A stretch of DNA of 64,000 nucleotides from the NCBI GenBank assembly GCA_951406725.2, contig OX597833.1, forward strand, positions 24,552,001 through 24,616,000. The letters run 5' to 3'. The notes under the pieces are model-generated. The model saw only the letters and a list, made by a program, of their open reading frames with translations. It made no database searches and had not been told where the DNA came from. Every line of letters starts with the position of its first letter. Position 1 is the stretch's first letter. Source of the stretch: Octopus vulgaris (taxonomy: Eukaryota). This document shows positions 12,988-24,159 of this stretch, piece after piece. The position numbers and the translations under genes were made by a program.

Positions 12988-13962
12988 TGTATATCAAATA
13001 TATATATATATGCATCTATCTCTCACACTCTCTCTATGTATGTATGTATGTATGTATGTATGTATGTATGTATGTATGTATGTATGTATGTATGTATGAA
13101 TGTATGTATATATATATATGTTGTCTAGCGTCACATTTAGGGTTACCTTACGTTTCGAAATCCATATTTGTAGACAATTATTTATTGTTTACGTTTCTTA
13201 TGGATCTCTCATCAGTCCGTTATTGATTTTATAGATCGCTCTACGTAAGCGAGACCTCAATAAGGGTTGAAAATGAAATAACGTTGTTCATCATTTTTGG
13301 AAATTACGGAAAAATGGGTAAAATTTCTGTGTTTGTAAATTTACGTATATTATATCATGCTTGATGCTGAGCGGAGGAGTCCTAGAAGATCAACGGCCAG
13401 GATAACCAAGTTCTATCAAGGCATCCATAGGTGTAGAGTCCATGGTTGTGTAATCAGCCAATGAAAGATTCATTACGACTCAACTCCCTGTTCAAATTCA
13501 TTTTAATGGAGTTGGATGGCAACAGAGAATCGTGAGAATCCGCGAACGCATCGAAAAATAAAGCATGCGTTGATAATGTCTTTCTAAAGAGATTGGGTGC
13601 TTGATTCTCTGGGACTGGTTAAATTATGCAGATATTTTTGATAACAATCGATTAAGACTGTCCAGAGAAATAGATAAGTTTCCCATCTTTCTATGTCGGC
13701 TATGAAGGATTACATTCATATATAAGCAATAACATACATGCCTATTCATTATATGTAGGTTACATATACGATGTATTTATGCGTGTATGCATGAGTGTAT
13801 GTATGCATGTATGTATCTATCTACCTAAATATATAAACATACACACACAAACGTGTGTGCGTTTGTGCATGTGTATTTATGTATTTATAAATAGATATAG
13901 AGAGATTAGTAGATCTATCTATCTGTTTGTCTATCTATATAGCTATCGATAGATAGATAGAT

Positions 13963-13991
<29 letters not shown>

Positions 13992-13997
<6 letters not shown>

Positions 13998-14439
13998 CAA
14001 AATAAGGAACAAGGATACCCAAAGGTAATGCAGTACGATCATTTCATGCAACTCCATTTTATTGAACAATGCAATTATTATATCAATTTAAAATGTAGAG
14101 CAATCTTCAGTGGCACAAAGACATAGAATTTAATTAAATTAGACGCATTAGTATAATTATATCTAAAATCTCCAAGAAGTCAAGGAGATAGAAAAAGAAC
14201 ATGTTGTCTCTACTTCAGCATGTTCTTTGTCTATCTCCTTGTCTTCTTGGAGATTTTAGGTATCATTATACTAATGTGTCCTTCTGTTCTAATTTAATTA
14301 AATTATATGTCTTTGTGCCACTGAAGATTGCTCAACATTTCAAATTGATGTAATGATTGCATTGTTCAATTAAAGGGAGTCGCGTGAAACGATCGCACTG
14401 CATTACCTCTGGATATCCTTGTTGAATATTTTGATTTTA
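13992..14439. repeat. ~450-bp imperfect palindrome, probably inverted PLE terminal repeats
   Basis: Arms 13992-14206 and 14216-14439 are reverse complements (e.g. CAATCTTCAGTGGCACAAAGACATA / TATGTCTTTGTGCCACTGAAGATTG) around a 9-nt loop. Confidence 0.9.
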
Positions 14440-14556
14440 ATCACCTTACTTTGAAATTATATGGGTAATACCGTACTAAGTTCTGGTGCCTCAACTTAAG
14501 TACCATATTCATTATTCATCTGAATCTAAATTTTTGTTGAGTGTCTGTGTGTATCT

Positions 14557-14996
14557 CATGCTCATACCAGTTCTGTGTTACTTCATATTGCTATTTACGG
14601 TATAAGAACCAATGAAGATACACACACATTTTATCGTGGCAGCCCTTGCATTCTTTTTGTACAAGACTCTCACATCCACTTACCACGTGAATCACATTTT
14701 CCACGCTCTTTCTACAGAGTTTGCATTTCTGGGTGTCAGAAGTTTTATACATGCTATATACTTCACTGACTTGGGAGCGAGAGCCAGGTCTTGTGCAGCA
14801 ATGATCAGGCTTTCGGTGGTACGCTTCAAATCACCTCATTCAAGCCATACCCACGATGCTGTATTATCCTTAACGTCCTGTGTATTGCTTTCAAACTGTG
14901 CATGCATTCTCATTTCAAGGTCTTCTTTTCTCTTCAGCTCACCTCTTTGGCTAAACTCTTCCTTGCCCATCATTTTATCAGCATTTACACCTATAT
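14557..14996 (-). repeat. 440-bp inverted duplicate of 16215-16654 (R4/Dong LINE segment)
   Basis: ORF 14612-14998(+) has the same translation as the N-terminal part of ORF 16090-16599(-); only ~4 nucleotide differences seen. Confidence 0.95.
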
Positions 14997-15016
14997 GAGC
15001 TAGATAGATAGATGAG

Positions 15017-15071
<55 letters not shown>

Positions 15072-15501
15072 GAGAGCATGCGTGCATGAATGTATAGCTA
15101 TATAGATAGATTGATAGATAGATAGGTATTGGCCGTTATAACTGAAGCGTTAATCTAGCTTTCACTGCATTCTGTTCATATGTAATAGGGATGAAACAAT
15201 CTAAGTCATCATTGTTACGTTTTTAATACTAGGACGTGTTAGTGATTTACCTTCTTTTTATAGTATCAAACAAATAAGAGATTGTTCATATTGTGTACGC
15301 GCGCCTGTGTGCGTGTGGGTGTTTATACATGATGTTCATCACCCCTGATAGACGGCAATGATAAGTGAATTTAATTTAGTCGTTCACTTTACACGCGCGA
15401 GCCCGTTTGTGTGTGAATGTAGGTGTATATTTATTTAAATATGAATCATACATTTGTATACATACACTTTTATATATATACGCGTACATTTTATGTATGT
15501 A

Positions 15502-15556
<55 letters not shown>

Positions 15557-16139
15557 GTACATTTTTATGTATATATGTATACATACATGTGTGTGTGTGT
15601 GTATGTTTGGGTGTGTGTGTGTGTGCGTGCGTACGTGTGTATGGACATAATATATGGTATTTGCATAATATATATTGTCGCTAATTAATATATATAACAT
15701 ACGCACGTACATACAGATACACATTCATGCACGCATGCTCTCTCTCATTCTCACACACACGCACACAGAGAATTACAGACACGCACGTACACGCATATAC
15801 ACACATACATACACTACACACATCTATACCATACAGAAACAACCGTAACAATCTTATAGAAATAAACAAAGCGATAAAACAATTATTGTTTTTATTATCA
15901 CTTGAGCAATCTCCAGAAGTTCTTTTTTATTTGTTGTATGACGCTCAACGTTGCCATTAGTGTATTTAATAATACGACTTGTTTATACGATGTCTGTAAG
16001 CAAACACGAGTAGTAGTAGTAGTAGTAATTTATATTTTCATTGTAATCTTTCAATTGTTTCCATTTCTTGCTGAGTGTCTTTCTGACACCTAGGGCAGAG
16101 AAACGTACTGTATACATTGGTAGGCCATTAAAACAAACA

Positions 16140-17125
16140 CACCAGATTGTTCATTTACAGAGTCATGTGACAGAGAAAAATTTTTGATAAATAGTGATGA
16201 ATATGCTGCGAAAGATATAGGTGTAAATGCTGATAAGATAATGGGCAAGGAAGAGTTTAGCCAAAGAGGTGAGCTGAAGAGAAAAGAAGACCTTGAAATG
16301 AGAATGCATGCACAGTTTGAAAGCAATACACAGGACGTTAAGGATAATACAGCATCGTGGGTATGGCTTGAATGAGGTGATTTGAAGCGTACCACCGAAA
16401 GCCTGATCATTGCTGCACAAGACCTGGCTCTCGCTCCCAAGTCAGTGAAGTATATAGCATGTATAAAACTTCTGACACCCAGAAATGCAAACTCTGTAGA
16501 AAGAGCGTGGAAAATGTGATTCACGTGGTAAGTGGATGTGAGAGTCTTGTACAAAAAGAATGCAAGGGCTGCCACGATAAAATGTGTGTGTATCTTCATT
16601 GGCTCTTATACCGTAAATAGCAATATCAAGTAACACAGAACTGGTATGAGCATGTACTAAGTAAAGTTATACAGGTGGATGGAAAAGTAACTATACTCTG
16701 GGACTATAATTTTCAGACGGATAGTGTAATCGAACACCGTCGGTCGGATATTGTCATATTGAATATGAGAGACGAATACTGTCAGATCATTGATGTAGCC
16801 ATATGAATGTTGTGAGTAAAGAGGTTGAAAAAATCACCAAGTACTCCGAATTGAAAGTGGAAGTGGCAAGACTGTGTGAAATGCGAGAGGGTAATGTACA
16901 AGTGATACCAGTGGCGATAGAAACGTTGGGCTCAATCCTACTGAAACTTCAAGACTTCTTAAAACAACTGGAAATCCAATGATAGATTGATTTTTTGCAA
17001 AAAGCAGCCCTAGTGGGCACAGGGCACACTTTAAGGAAAGGATTGTCTATCTCAAGTCCTTGTTGTGACTTGACTGATGACTAAAGACTCCTGTGCAATT
17101 TTACCTACACTGTGTTACGAAGGAA
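16140..17125 (+). mobile_element. R4/Dong-like LINE 3' fragment (CCHC finger and restriction-like endonuclease), decayed
   Basis: WLE*GDLKRTTESLIIAAQDLAL, CKLC..ENVIHVVSGC, HRRSDIVIL..IIDVA, KITKYSELKVE; ends in (AAT)n. Confidence 0.85.
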
Positions 17126-17269
17126 TAATAATAATCCTTTCTACTATAGGGACAAGGCCTCAAATTTGGGGGAAGTTATAGTCAATCACATTGACTCCAT
17201 CAACCTCGACAAAATTTGAACTCAGAATGTAAAGACGAACTAAATGTCGCTAAGCATTTTGCTCGGCGC

Positions 17270-17392
17270 GGTAATGGTTCTACCAGCTCACCTTATTATT
17301 ATTATTGTTATTATTATTATTATTATCATTATTATTATTATTATTATTTTTTTAATTATTAATAATGATAATAATAATAACAACAACAACAT

Positions 17393-17448
<56 letters not shown>

Positions 17449-17467
17449 ATAATAATAATAATACTAC

Positions 17468-17499
<32 letters not shown>

Positions 17500-17520
17500 G
17501 TAATAATAATAATAATAATA

Positions 17521-17553
<33 letters not shown>

Positions 17554-17560
17554 GCTATTA

Positions 17561-17639
<79 letters not shown>

Positions 17640-17640
17640 C
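17270..17640. repeat. Compound (ATT)/(TAC)/(AAT) trinucleotide microsatellite
   Basis: Direct reading. Confidence 0.95.
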
Positions 17641-17890
17641 TTGATAAATCTGCCAAGGTCACTTTATAGAAGGGAAATTGAAGACCTCATATTCATTGGT
17701 ACTGGATGCTGACACAGTCATAAAAGAACTCGAGCAAAAACTTACAAATATCTCGGAATAAATGAAAGCTTTGGCATTCAGCATGCAAGTATGAAAGAGA
17801 AGATGAGGAAGAAATGTTACAGGAGAGTTCGAGCAGTCCTAAAATCCGAGTTAGCAGTTCCGGTTGTTATCAACTGCTTGAATAAATGAA
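17640..17890 (+). mobile_element. R4/Dong-like LINE internal fragment
   Basis: IQHASMKEKMRKKCYRRVRAVLKSELAVPVV, the region C-terminal of RT in this clade. Confidence 0.6.
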
Positions 17891-18050
17891 CTGCAACTAG
17901 GCTCAATAAAAAGAGCCCGAGTTATTGTCTGCGATTACATACTTGTAGTCAGGGTTGGCAGAAATTAAATCAGCTTGCAAATACACGTTCACTTTACTAA
18001 ATTTATACTCGGGCTAAGCCCGAACAGCCCGAGTGCCGGAGTCACCATTG

Positions 18051-18092
<42 letters not shown>

Positions 18093-18195
18093 TGTGTGTG
18101 TGTGTGTGTGTGTGTAATTGTGCTTATGTATAGGTGAGAACACTCGACATGCTGTAGGACATGAAGAAGATAAAAGACATGTCTTTATTGTTAAT

Positions 18196-18583
18196 CTTTA
18201 CTCTTTTACTCTTTTACTTGTTTCAGTCATTTGACTGCGGCCATGCTGGAGCACCGCCTTTAGTCGAGCAAATCGACTCCGGGACTTATTCTTTGTAAGC
18301 CCAGTACTTATTCTATCGGTCTCTTTTGCCGAACCTCTAAGTGACGGGGACGTAAATACACCAGCATCGGTTGTCAAGCAATGCTAGGGGGACAAACACA
18401 GACACACAAACACACACACACACATATATATATACATATATATGACAGGCTTCTTTCAGTTTCCGTCTACCAAATCCACTCACAAGGCATAGGTCGGCCC
18501 GGGGCTATAGCAGAAGACACTTGCCCAAGATGCCACGCAGTGGGACTGAACCCGGAACCATGTGGTTGGTTAGCAAGCTACTT
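18196..18583 (-). mobile_element. SINE family A host copy, 3' part (B-box, body, (GTAAAAGA)n tail), interrupted by the Tx1 LINE
   Basis: Continuous with 24019-24057 once the LINE and one TSD copy are removed; matches uninterrupted copies at 9120-9171 and 50760-50820. Confidence 0.92.
18568..18583 (+). repeat. Target-site duplication, left copy GGTTAGCAAGCTACTT
   Basis: Identical 16-mer at 24019-24034. Confidence 0.95.
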
Positions 18584-18811
18584 TATTACATATAATTTGC
18601 CATTTAGGCATTTACAAAGAGGGGACAAACAAGGACAGACAAATATAAAGGGTGAAGTAGCTTAACACAGTTACAATTTTCGAATGAAATTACGGATAAG
18701 ATTATAAACAATGAATTTTACGAAGGCAATGTTTAAAAATATTAATGATCATGTCGAAGGACGGACACCCAGCCATCCTGGTAGAACCTTTACTTTCTGA
18801 TCCGGTCACAC

Positions 18812-21800
18812 TTACCTGGTGCCAAACATACCCATCTTGTATGCCACAGGCTTCCATCTTTTCACAAACATATCTCGTGACAGACACCTCTTCTCCAGCC
18901 TGATTTTGCTACTGAGGTGGTAACTAAAAAAGTTAATCAACCCCTGGCCGGAGACAAAGGTGCCTGTCACTATACCTTTCGTACGCGTCTTCCATACTGT
19001 TTCTTTCAGTATGGCTACTACACAGAAAAAACAAGCCTTTCTTTCCCTGTTAAGGAAAGGGGGCGGCACAATCTCGATGATAGACTCAGCTGATAGCTGT
19101 ACTCTTCCCATCACTGACAACAGTTGTTCAACAAAAGCTATCAGTCCCGATAACTCCGGACACTCCATGAATGCGTGCAAGACGGTCTCCCTATCCTGCT
19201 CACATCGCGGGCATGTCGGCGAGACGGCACTACCGTGCCTTGACAGCTTGTCGCGAACAGGTAAAGCCGCACGGAAACACTGCCAGGCCAGGGATTTCTG
19301 GTAATTATCCAGATACCCCGGCCCGAACGTCCTCCGGAACAGGTTGACCAACTGATTTTCATCGTAGCCCAGGGTCTCTCCCAAGGCGTCTTCGGACTTA
19401 ATCTCCACTAACCCGCTATAGAAATCCGTGGTGGAACTCCTGTTGCCGGCGTTGCCCACCCGAGATAGTAGCTGGAGCGCCTGACGGCACTCCAAATGCC
19501 ATTCACTCAGTTTAGGTCTCCGCTTGATCCATGCACCGATGTCCGTTAGGGATGTTAACTGGGGAAGGTAGAACCGGACGTGCGGTGACCACACCTGCTC
19601 TCCATCCAGGTAAAGCCAGAGGTGCCTCAACCGTAACGCGAGTTTTCGCATCCTCAGCCAAGGCATCCCTAGCCCACCCTTTAGCGGTTTCTGGCAGCAG
19701 ACAGAGCGCTTTACAAGTGGCTTTCCTCATTTCCACAAAAATCGGAAAAGGATTCTCTCCAACTTGTTCATCCACAAATCGGGGCAAGGCACCACGGTCA
19801 GACGGTAGGTGATTACTGATGCTATAAACATCTGCACCACCTCCGCCTTCCCTAGCAGGGATAACGCCCGCCCAGACCAGGTCTGGGTTAGAGCGGTCAC
19901 CTTGTTGGCCACCTCACTCCAATTTTTCTCAATCTGGAGGTCTGGCCCGAACCAGACTCCGAGCAGCTTAACAGGACCTTCCGTCCAACGCCCTACGACG
20001 TTATTGGACGGCATCGGCTTGCCCCTCATCGAGTTGCAAACCTACCGACTTGTCCTTGTTAACCTTTGCTCCTGCCACCGCCTCGTAGCTTTTGATGGCC
20101 TCTTCTACCTCTGGAAGCTGGCCTTCGTCTGCCACGATGATGGAGGTGTCATCCGCATGCGCCGTAGCTCCTCTTCCACACCATAGATCATGCGGCGCGC
20201 CCCCTAGTGCCTCCAACTTCCGCAGCAAAGGCTCAAGAGCCAATACGTATAGGAGCGAGGACAGGGGACACCCTTGACGAACTGAACGCTCGATTCTGAA
20301 CGGCTTCGAAAAGGAACCGTTCACCTTGACTACAGACTCGATGTCGCTATACAAAGCAGCGATCCAACCTCGAAAGGTCGGGCCTAGGCCAGCCTCTCCG
20401 AGGACCGCCGCCAGGTACCGATGGTCGACCCTATCAAATGCTTTGGACTGGTCTAAATGTACCAGTGCTCCCCCTGCGCCAGAAAGCTTCCCCACCCTCT
20501 CTAAGGAGTAGCGTATAAGGTGGAGATTGTCGTGGATCGTTCTGCCGGGGATAGCGCACGTTTGCGCTTCCCCGACAAGTTTGTCCACGACCCGCGCCAA
20601 CCTTTTTGCTAGCACCTTGGCCAGAATCTTTAACTCTGTGTTTAACAGAGTTATGGGCCTGAAGTTCCCTATCTCGTCCCCCTTGTTCGGGTCCTTCCTG
20701 ATCAACGTCACCGTCCCCCGGCTCGCAGACTTGGGAATTCTCCCATTCTGCTGCCAGTTGGCGTAGACGCTAGCCAGCAGGTGCCCGAACAAGTCTGGCA
20801 TACTTCTATAAAATTCATAGGGCAGACCATCGAGACCCGGCGACTTCTCCCCGGGGCACTTGCCCAACACCTCGATTACTTCCTCGGCTGTGATTGGCCC
20901 TTCACAGCACTCAGCCTCTCGTGTCGAAAGGCGCGGGCCACCAGACAGGAAGTCCCTAAGGGCCTCACCATGATCCAGCGTCCCGCACCTCCCGAACAAC
21001 TCGGCAAAGTGCTTGTGAAGTGCCTCACACATCTCGTCCCGCTTCTTGATCGTGCATCCGTTTTCATCAACAAGAGACCCAATTGTGGCATCGTTTCCAC
21101 GCTGTGTTTCTATCGTACGGGCCCATCCGGCAACATTAATTCCCTCACGGCCCAATGCTCGTACTTTAGCCCGGACTCTACATCCCTCATGTTTGGTTTT
21201 GAGGTGACGGTCTAATGCCGTTCTCGCCGCTAAAATGTGAGATGCAGAGCCCAACCTCAACGCCTCCTCTAAGTTCTTAACTAGTTGCCCTTCTATTCTA
21301 GCCCTATCTAGTCTTAGTTGTTTACTAAATCTAATGGACTCGAATCGAATGGCTCTTTTGAGGGTGAACCACCACCGGTTATTAACCACGGCTCCTGTTA
21401 ACGCCCTCTGCACTAACACCTTAATCCGGCTACGGTATGCCTCGCGTGTCAATGTAGACTTGTTCAGCTTCCAGTAGCCGGTTCCTATCTTAAGTGTGCT
21501 ATCTATGTCCAGTCTACACGTGACCATTCTATGGTCAGTATAGGGCACCTGGACGAGCTGTGGACAACTAAAACTAGACTTATCTCTAGTTCTTATCACT
21601 ATCCTGTCTAGATAAGACTTGAACCTTCCGTCGCCACTCATCCAGGTCCACTCTGGGACGTTCGGATGGTCAAGTCTGTAACGATCTGCCAGCTGAAACC
21701 GCTTAAGCAGATCCACGAGACGTGAGTTCACTTTCCTATAGATCGAGCCAACGCTATCGATGTGTACGTCAACGATAGCATTAAAGTCCCCTAATATCAC

Positions 21801-22208
21801 TAAAGTCTTCGACGTCACGAGAAAGCCCTCTAGGCGCCGATAAAAATCAGTTTGGAAACCTCTAGCACAAGGTGCATAGAGTCCGATCAACCTGAAGGCC
21901 TTACTGCTGTATGTCACATCAAGGACGACCAGCCCACCTTCTGGGTCTACATAGACTGTACTTGTCTGTAGAGCCAAGTCTTTACGGATCAGTACCACTA
22001 CGCCCCCTCGCCCTCCGGTCTGGCCAGGAGACATGATTTTCTCGTAGCCATTCAGGAGAGGCGAGAAGGTTTGTAGGCTGTCCAGCTTGGTCTCTGTAGC
22101 AACCATCACATGTATATCATGTGATCTGAGGTCGTCGAGGAAACAAGCCTGCTTCCACTTCGAACTCAGACCACGCACATTTAAACAACCAAGGTTAAGC
22201 GAAGCCAT
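18812..22208 (-). pseudogene. Tx1-type ORF2: AP endonuclease, reverse transcriptase and C-terminal zinc finger, with two frameshifts
   Basis: CLNVRGL, ETK, GDFN, SYLDRI, TDH (APE); KSPGLDG, FRPITLLN, DQSKAFD, RQGCPLS, HADD (RT); LLGVWFG in frame 19727-20029; CPRC..ETVLHAFMEC in frame 18812-19666. Confidence 0.93.
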
Positions 22209-22225
22209 TACAAAAAGTAAAAGTT

Positions 22226-23653
22226 CTACTTACATTTCGTTGGAGAGGTGGGGGCCGACCTCACCACACGTTTGTGGGCCCCTTCTTTCTCCTCTTTCTT
22301 CAGATAGTCCGGCAAGTTCGCGATATGCCGGATGGCGTTTGGGTGTCTGTCTTTTAATTGTTTGAACGTTGTTTCCGCACTCCACGCGTGTCTATTTCGA
22401 TCTTTGTATTTGTTGTACAGTCTTGCTGACTGATGCTGAACCACAATATCGTTTATGTATTTGTCTTGTGTGTCGAATTCAATTAATATGAGTTCATTTT
22501 CTTTTTTGTCTTCTTTTTCTGGGCCAGTTGAGCGGGATTTTTTTTTCCGTGTCTGTGGTGTGTCTTTGTTTTTATTATTTTTTGTAGGGGATGTGGACGG
22601 GGATGCTGCACGAATTCTTTTACGAACTGGTGTAAATCCCCCCTCTGATACCTCCATGGTATCGTCTGGGGTAGCAATAGGTGGTTCGGTAGGCGCCGCA
22701 GTTTTTAGGGGGGTGGGAGGTTTTAATAGTGTAGGGGTTTGTGAGTGCGAGGGCTGGGTTTTTTCTTCAGTCTGTTTTGGGGTTGGCACCGTAACAGCAG
22801 GAGTGGGATTTTTTGTTTTTGTAGGGGTAGGTGTGTTTGCAAGGGTAGGGACTTTTTTATTATCTGAGGGGCCTGGTGTCTGCAGTTTCTTTTGCTTGTC
22901 TGGACAGTCTACACGAATGTAGCCCTTTTTGCCGCAGGCGTAACAGGTGGGTTTTCGGCCTTCGACCTGTACCCTGAGGGCTACGTTCTCGCCCACGAGC
23001 ACCCTCTCAGGAAGGAGCTGCAGGTCCTCCGCTGTTCCTTGAATTAATATATTAATGTTACGCCCGAGCCAAAATAGAGGGGCAGAGCATGTTACTTGTA
23101 GTATTTTTATTTTGTCCGCCCTTTTATATAACAGGGCGGCCACTACCTCTACCGGATCTACGTCCAGCGGGGCTTCTACAATCCTGACCCGGGACGTCCT
23201 GCGTCCGCTATAGCTTGGGAAAAGTACCACCTCCTTGGTTTTTAGGGGGTTCACAGAATGCCCGCGGGCCATTTCTTCCCCCGAGAAGCGGACATCCACA
23301 GTGCCATATGCCCGTCCCCTGGCGACGTACACGATGTCCTTCCAAATCGGGGACAGGCATTTCTCGATGGTGCTTTTTTCAAAGTGTTTGAATCTTCTGC
23401 TTTGTGAACAGAAAGTTTTAAACACTACGGTTCGCTTCTCGGTCTCCACGGTACTGGCGGAGGGTGATATTTTAACATCACCACCCTCCTCTTGCATACT
23501 TTTAAATAGCTCGACGAGCTGATTGACATCGATGTCAATGTTCTCGGTAGCCACTGCGGCTACCGCAGAAAATTTTTTAACATTGCTCTCCTCAAGAGCA
23601 CTACTTTCGTGAATAATTTCAACAGACATTATTCTGTTGAAATTAGACAACAC
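22226..23653 (-). CDS. Tx1-type ORF1 (gag-like nucleic-acid-binding protein, variant zinc knuckle, Pro/Thr-rich linker)
   Basis: Uninterrupted 475-aa ORF (first ATG about 8 codons in); EGRKPTCYACGKKGYIRVDC; stop lies 17 nt upstream of the ORF2 ATG. Confidence 0.85.
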   Translation of the reverse strand: MLSNFNRIMSVEIIHESSALEESNVKKFSAVAAVATENIDIDVNQLVELFKSMQEEGGDVKISPSASTVETEKRTVVFKTFCSQSRRFKHFEKSTIEKCLSPIWKDIVYVARGRAYGTVDVRFSGEEMARGHSVNPLKTKEVVLFPSYSGRRTSRVRIVEAPLDVDPVEVVAALLYKRADKIKILQVTCSAPLFWLGRNINILIQGTAEDLQLLPERVLVGENVALRVQVEGRKPTCYACGKKGYIRVDCPDKQKKLQTPGPSDNKKVPTLANTPTPTKTKNPTPAVTVPTPKQTEEKTQPSHSQTPTLLKPPTPLKTAAPTEPPIATPDDTMEVSEGGFTPVRKRIRAASPSTSPTKNNKNKDTPQTRKKKSRSTGPEKEDKKENELILIEFDTQDKYINDIVVQHQSARLYNKYKDRNRHAWSAETTFKQLKDRHPNAIRHIANLPDYLKKEEKEGAHKRVVRSAPTSPTKCK

Positions 23654-24018
23654 AAAAATTACGAATATTGGTTTCCCACAAAACTGGGAAACCTATAGAA
23701 AGTTTTTATTCCAAGGTAATTCAAAAAAGCAGTTCAAAAATTCCAATTCCCACCCCCATTCGGGGGAGGGACACGAAAATAGTCTGGCAGGACTATATAT
23801 AGTCACGTAAATAAAAAGCCACAATGGCTAACAGTTCAACGGTAAGAAATTATCCAATTATTCCCCGGTAAAACCGGAGAACAAGACAGTTCAGCAACGT
23901 TTAAAGACAAATTTTCAGTAGTAGAAATTCAACAATTAACAACACAGCAAAATTCTTACCGGGAAGAAAATGCGTCCAAACCGTAGTACGGTGAGTAAAG
24001 TCACTCTTCAGTCAGTGA

Positions 24019-24057
24019 GGTTAGCAAGCTACTTACCACACAGCCACTCCTGCGCCT
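24019..24057 (-). mobile_element. SINE family A host copy, 5' end with A-box (includes right TSD 24019-24034)
   Basis: AGGCGCAGGAGTGGCTGTGTGGT-AAGTAGCTTGCTAACC directly abuts the LINE 5' end. Confidence 0.92.
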
Positions 24058-24159
24058 GTTATATATAATTGCACCATTTTACTATTAAATCGGGCAATGT
24101 TGATCGTTTTCTTGTATTTCTCCCTTTTCTTGCTGGGTTATGTCCTTATAACCAATAAT

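Larger units (their letters stand above)
18584..24018 (-). mobile_element. Full-length Tx1/L1-group non-LTR retrotransposon
   Basis: 5'UTR, ORF1 (zinc knuckle), ORF2 (APE-RT-zf-RVT) and 3'UTR, bounded by a perfect 16-bp TSD; no poly(A) tail. Confidence 0.95.

Noticed and set aside
17895-18050. GCCCGA/TCGGGC-rich segment resembling a MITE end
   Set aside because: Only one terminus visible and no TSD; cannot be classified
18960-23522. Plus-strand ORFs overlapping the LINE
   Set aside because: Antisense shadows of GC-richer ORF1/ORF2
23975-24018. CTGAAGA plus a GTGA/TCAC stem at the LINE 5' end suggesting a hammerhead
   Set aside because: No GAAA after stem II and no stem I/III arrangement
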